From Nitrosopumilaceae archaeon (GTDB lineage Archaea; Thermoproteota; Nitrososphaeria; Nitrososphaerales; Nitrosopumilaceae), in NCBI GenBank assembly GCA_965209085.1, contig OZ242376.1, forward strand, positions 1,629,555-1,693,554: DNA of 64,000 bases. Reading direction: 5' to 3'. The notes under the pieces are model-generated. The model was not told the DNA's origin, ran no database searches, and worked only from the letters and a program-made list of their open reading frames with translations. A program made the position numbers and the translations under genes. Positions 59,779-64,000 of the stretch are shown piece after piece. Within the stretch, counting starts at the first letter, position 1. The number at the start of each line of letters is the position of its first letter.

Positions 59779-62700
59779 CTAAGATACCTGTATTGTAACT
59801 GTGTCAGATGCTGACAATGCAGTCGGATTGGTGATAGATTCCCACACAAAGACCGTTGCAGTATAGTCGCCACCCACCGTCGGAGTCCAAGACTGAGACG
59901 GTGAAGAGGCAGAACCTGCTGTTAGCGTACTGGTGATCCAAGAGAGCGAAACGGTTACACCGTCTGCGTCCTGAATTTGTACCAAGTATGCATAATCTTG
60001 ATCTTTGTCTTGACCGCTTCTAAGATCTGCGGACACTAGAACCTGCTGATCAACTGAAACAGATGATAGCGTTTGTCCTTGGGTGTCTACAATTCTTGCG
60101 TTTGATACCGGTGCGCGCTCTAGAGGAGCGACAATGGATCCAATAATGGCCGTTGACAAGATGTCAAGGTCATCAGAGGTATCATACGGGTCAGGTAGTG
60201 TGTGATCTTCATATTCAACTGTTATTGTATCGCCTTCTGCTACGCGGAGTCTGTGACCGGACGATTCATCAGTAGTGGTAAAGGAAACTTGTCCCTCAAA
60301 CACTCCAGTTGCCTCGTTGGTCTCCGTTACGGTCAGGGATATTCCACCCGGATCCGAGTCGGACCAAACATCTACGTCAAAGTTATCTACTGACTCTGGG
60401 TTGAGGTTTAGATCAGGATCTGTTATACGGACAAGTCCGTTTCCAGATGCCGAATAACTAGCCTCTGCCCATTCTATTTCACCAATGTTCCAGCGTATGA
60501 TAGCTGAACCAATGACAGTTTCGTCATCAGAAACCTCAAATGATACGGTTATACCGTCATCATCTTCAGCTTCTAGGTAACCGTCTGTAGGTCCAGCGGG
60601 ATTAGTACGAGTATCATAACTTGTAGTTGGTTGAGTTGGTGCATCAAATCCTCTTTTACCGTCTGCATCGTGTTCAAATCCGGTTAGGATTACTTCGCCT
60701 GTAAAGATACCAGTATCAGTACCAGTCTCTACTAGACGATAGTAGTTAATGCGGTTTTCACGAGTAGAAACCTTTATGGGGTTGTCATCTTCGGGGTCAC
60801 CAATTTGGTCGATTAGATCGCTGTCAAAGTTGTGATCAGGTGCTGTGATTGTGATATACACCTTGTCAGTCCAAGTGTACACTTTTTGATCAAGTGATAT
60901 TGTAGCGCCAAAGTTTGATGTGAATATTGTTAGTTCAATGTCCTCATCGTCAGTACCGACATAATCGGCGCCTGCTGGGCCATAATCTACGTATTCAAGA
61001 TCAATTTGTTCGCCACGTTCTAGTGTATTAGTACCCAATTTGGATGGAACTTCGATGACAACCTGGAATATACCAGTGCTGTCGCCAGTCTCACGTAGTA
61101 CAGATGGTTCTGGGTCAAAGTTTAGTGATTCTCCCAGTGCCAGTATTCCTGCGTCAGAATCCCATTCGATTAGGTTGAGTGGATATGACTCCGTCTGATC
61201 GCTATCCAAATCAAAGTCCGGCTCTATCAGAGTGAGGATCATATCCCCACCTACGATGTAAGCGGTTTCATCGGTTTGAAGAACTGCATTGCGCAGATCG
61301 AATGTTGCAGAATCTGTTACAGTGTTTATGCTACCAGATGCATCAGTTTTATCAGTATATTCTACTGTGATGATATCACCTTGTCGAATGTTAATTGTTC
61401 CATTTGGTACACCTAGAGCGATAAAGTTACAATAGTTGTCGTTGGTTGTAGCAATATTCCTAGTCGAATCGGTTGGATTAGTGTTGTCACAAAAGAATGT
61501 GGCACCTAGTTCTAGATCTAACTCGAATACACCAGCACTCTGTGAAATCTCTTTGATGAGTGTAGTATCTGTAGCCAAGTTGTTACTTTTCAGTGAACCA
61601 CGAACGAGTTTTACTTTTATCGTATCAGCTGGTAGAGTATCAGAACCGAAACCAGATGTATCATAATCAGGATCATTGACCCTAACATGAAGTACTGTAT
61701 TTCCAGTTATTGATGGATCTTCCTGAGCTAGAGTTCTACCGATATTCTGTGTAATGTATTCTGTAGGATCGAATGGTACTGGGTATACGGTTCGTTCAAA
61801 GGAGACCGAACCAGTGTTTGCCCGAATACCTGCACTATCGCCAACTTCAATCAATTCACCAGAAGCTTCTGAGTAGTCAACATAGTTGACTTCCAAGTCT
61901 TTTCCAGTGGTGGTTGAATTGGTAGTATCAGATGTACAATAGTTTGTAGGTATTTGGAATGTACCAGTGAATATACCAGATGTTGCAGTTGTCTCTGAGA
62001 GAACGAATCCGGTACTAGCCAGACCATTATCTCCAGATATTCCACAGTCCATTAAGGACCATGTTGCATCATCAAATGTAATATCAACTAGACGTCCAAT
62101 ATGAGCATCTTCTGAATTGGTTTGATTACTTTGTGTACCTACTCTATCACCATTATCATCTACTGTAGAAGTGTATACTTCTTTCGTATCGGAATTTGTG
62201 TTGAGGTCTGCGTCAGTCAGGGTTACGGTCACGGTGTCTGCAACTTTATAGTTTGCAGCATCAAATGACACGACACCTGAATGCGTCGGAGCACCAACTT
62301 GAGCGCCGATTTGAGTTCTTAAGCCTTCACCGTCTGTGTCAAGATAGTCCACTCTGACAGCATCCTCGTCTGTGAGGTCTGTCGGGACTATGATTGTAAT
62401 CTCATCGTCAATGGTTGCAAGTCCGCTGTATGTGTTTGGATCACGAACATTGAGTTGGTTTAAGGCGGTGTACTCGATTGTACCTGTATACATTGCAGTG
62501 TTATCACCAGTCTCTTCTAGGAGCATACGGTAAATTGCATCTGCTTTTCTTGTAGTTGCGGCACTATCTATCTCATCTAAGGCTTGACCGAATCTAAAGA
62601 TATCAGCCACTAGGGTTAATGAACCATTAGCAATAGTACTACTTGTCGTATATGTATTTTCAGTAATAATATCACCAGTGATTTCAACTAATGGACCTAT

Positions 62701-64000
62701 TGTATTTAGATAGTAGAAGTATTTCGTAGTGTCAAAGTAATCCTCAGAGGTGAAAGTTATCCGAACATCATTGGGATCGATTGTAGTGGTGGTAGTTGTA
62801 TTAATACCAATAGCTGTTTCAATGACGACGGGAAATTCAGTCGAGAATGATTTGATCTCTGCTCTTTTTGAGAATATATCAATAGTCAAATCTGTGGATG
62901 GAAATTGTAGATTTACGGTATCATTACTGACCGGTGTTATGGAAGCATTAGCACTAAAATCAGTAGCATTTTGTGTAGTAACTATTGTAGTAACAGGAGT
63001 CCAAATTGCTGCATTTTCGAGTGTGAGTGGTGAACCTATTATAACGGTCGGAATCTTTTGATTCAAGATTTCAATTTTAATGTCTTGATCAAGTAGACTG
63101 TTCAAGTTGAGGTCACCATCGTCTAGTGTGACGGTGATTTCCTCTCCTCCATTCCATGTGCCTCCGATTCCAGTAACATCCATAGTAAGAGAACCAGGAT
63201 AGTTTCTTACTGAGACAGATATTGGACTGTCAGCAAAGTCGATTGTACCGGTAAGACCTCTTTTGGCAGTAGGTAGAACATAAATGTTCGAAGCATCTGC
63301 ATCATCAGTGGTTTTGAATATACCAGAGTTTGGTTGAGTTTCCAGTATGGTTACTGTTTGAGTAACATTTCTAATACCAAGTGCAGTTGCACCAGCATCA
63401 TCAGCGGTTTCGGTAAAGCCCAAAACGGTTGGACCGTTAGGGTTTGCCGTTATGGTAAACAATCCACTGTCATCAAAGTGTAGAGCACTAGTATCTATTA
63501 TCATGCTACGATTCGTACGACCGGAATCTCCACCAGTTTCATCAACGTATTGATAGTATGCAGTACCGTTTATTGTAAGATACGTCCATGAATCCTCGTC
63601 TGTCGGATCAATGTTGTGTGACAATGAGGTTATTGTTGCATGTACTGTAGCACCAGGTGGATATGAGTCACGATCTAGTGTAAGACTAGCATAATCGTCT
63701 GGATCATCCAAGTATGTCAATTGTACTGATTGTGGGTTGCCACCTTTGGAATATTTTATAGTGACAGATCCATCAACTGCAAAATCAAATGCTTGAATAA
63801 TAGGCCAATCATTAGTGGTATAATCACCTTCAAATCCAGTTGCAGAAGGGGCTCCAGTTTCAGAATGGGTTGCTATGAGTTTGTATTGCCTAACTACATC
63901 AGTAGCATTAGCGTAAACTGTATCATCAATGTTTGCGGTAAAAAGATCAGTAGTAGCATTATTTACACCAAAATCTATGCCTAGGGCTTCTGCTACTATT
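59779..64000 (-). CDS. slaA: S-layer protein (SlaA-like), 5' end outside the window
   Basis: Acidic, Thr-rich; repeated ETG..TG.F.G motifs; C-terminal VFVWES..NP.ALS; frame stays open to 64000. Confidence 0.88.
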   Translation of the reverse strand, partial: IVAEALGIDFGVNNATTDLFTANIDDTVYANATDVVRQYKLIATHSETGAPSATGFEGDYTTNDWPIIQAFDFAVDGSVTIKYSKGGNPQSVQLTYLDDPDDYASLTLDRDSYPPGATVHATITSLSHNIDPTDEDSWTYLTINGTAYYQYVDETGGDSGRTNRSMIIDTSALHFDDSGLFTITANPNGPTVLGFTETADDAGATALGIRNVTQTVTILETQPNSGIFKTTDDADASNIYVLPTAKRGLTGTIDFADSPISVSVRNYPGSLTMDVTGIGGTWNGGEEITVTLDDGDLNLNSLLDQDIKIEILNQKIPTVIIGSPLTLENAAIWTPVTTIVTTQNATDFSANASITPVSNDTVNLQFPSTDLTIDIFSKRAEIKSFSTEFPVVIETAIGINTTTTTTIDPNDVRITFTSEDYFDTTKYFYYLNTIGPLVEITGDIITENTYTTSSTIANGSLTLVADIFRFGQALDEIDSAATTRKADAIYRMLLEETGDNTAMYTGTIEYTALNQLNVRDPNTYSGLATIDDEITIIVPTDLTDEDAVRVDYLDTDGEGLRTQIGAQVGAPTHSGVVSFDAANYKVADTVTVTLTDADLNTNSDTKEVYTSTVDDNGDRVGTQSNQTNSEDAHIGRLVDITFDDATWSLMDCGISGDNGLASTGFVLSETTATSGIFTGTFQIPTNYCTSDTTNSTTTGKDLEVNYVDYSEASGELIEVGDSAGIRANTGSVSFERTVYPVPFDPTEYITQNIGRTLAQEDPSITGNTVLHVRVNDPDYDTSGFGSDTLPADTIKVKLVRGSLKSNNLATDTTLIKEISQSAGVFELDLELGATFFCDNTNPTDSTRNIATTNDNYCNFIALGVPNGTINIRQGDIITVEYTDKTDASGSINTVTDSATFDLRNAVLQTDETAYIVGGDMILTLIEPDFDLDSDQTESYPLNLIEWDSDAGILALGESLNFDPEPSVLRETGDSTGIFQVVIEVPSKLGTNTLERGEQIDLEYVDYGPAGADYVGTDDEDIELTIFTSNFGATISLDQKVYTWTDKVYITITAPDHNFDSDLIDQIGDPEDDNPIKVSTRENRINYYRLVETGTDTGIFTGEVILTGFEHDADGKRGFDAPTQPTTSYDTRTNPAGPTDGYLEAEDDDGITVSFEVSDDETVIGSAIIRWNIGEIEWAEASYSASGNGLVRITDPDLNLNPESVDNFDVDVWSDSDPGGISLTVTETNEATGVFEGQVSFTTTDESSGHRLRVAEGDTITVEYEDHTLPDPYDTSDDLDILSTAIIGSIVAPLERAPVSNARIVDTQGQTLSSVSVDQQVLVSADLRSGQDKDQDYAYLVQIQDADGVTVSLSWITSTLTAGSASSPSQSWTPTVGGDYTATVFVWESITNPTALSASDTVTIQVS

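Noticed and set aside
63720-64000. Apparent S-layer start at 63720, or a frameshift there
   Set aside because: The same frame is open to the window edge; the gene simply starts outside the window.

Overview
This is a chromosomal window of an ammonia-oxidizing archaeon (Nitrososphaerota, Nitrosopumilaceae-like). A host-associated lifestyle is possible, given a giant S8/FG-GAP protease and many decayed IS elements. It carries housekeeping genes (pheT/pheS, trpS, serS, ribosomal proteins, RLI, cobalamin cbi genes, sat/cysH, tgtA, the S-layer gene), four tRNAs, and the ammonia monooxygenase genes in the order amoA-amoX-amoB-amoC, interrupted by nested mobile DNA. The main finding is a non-autonomous IS110/IS1111-type element (52084-52599, with a second relic at 12999-13367) inserted at a TA core inside the terminal inverted repeat of an 80-bp MITE/IS5-type end. 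Its ~170-nt downstream non-coding region folds into two loops. The guide segments of one loop match that MITE terminal repeat (target) and those of the other match the element's own circular junction (donor). This reads as an archaeal bridge/seek RNA programmed against another transposon's ends, and an empty-site paralog lies in the same window (49607-49686). Other notable items are three MITE families, a recent IS66 insertion with perfect TIR/TSD, a TFB-like/ParB-like/wHTH/A24-peptidase operon, two candidate L7Ae-binding sRNAs, and a MurI homolog with both catalytic Cys replaced by Ser. All calls come from motif recognition by eye; no searches were run.
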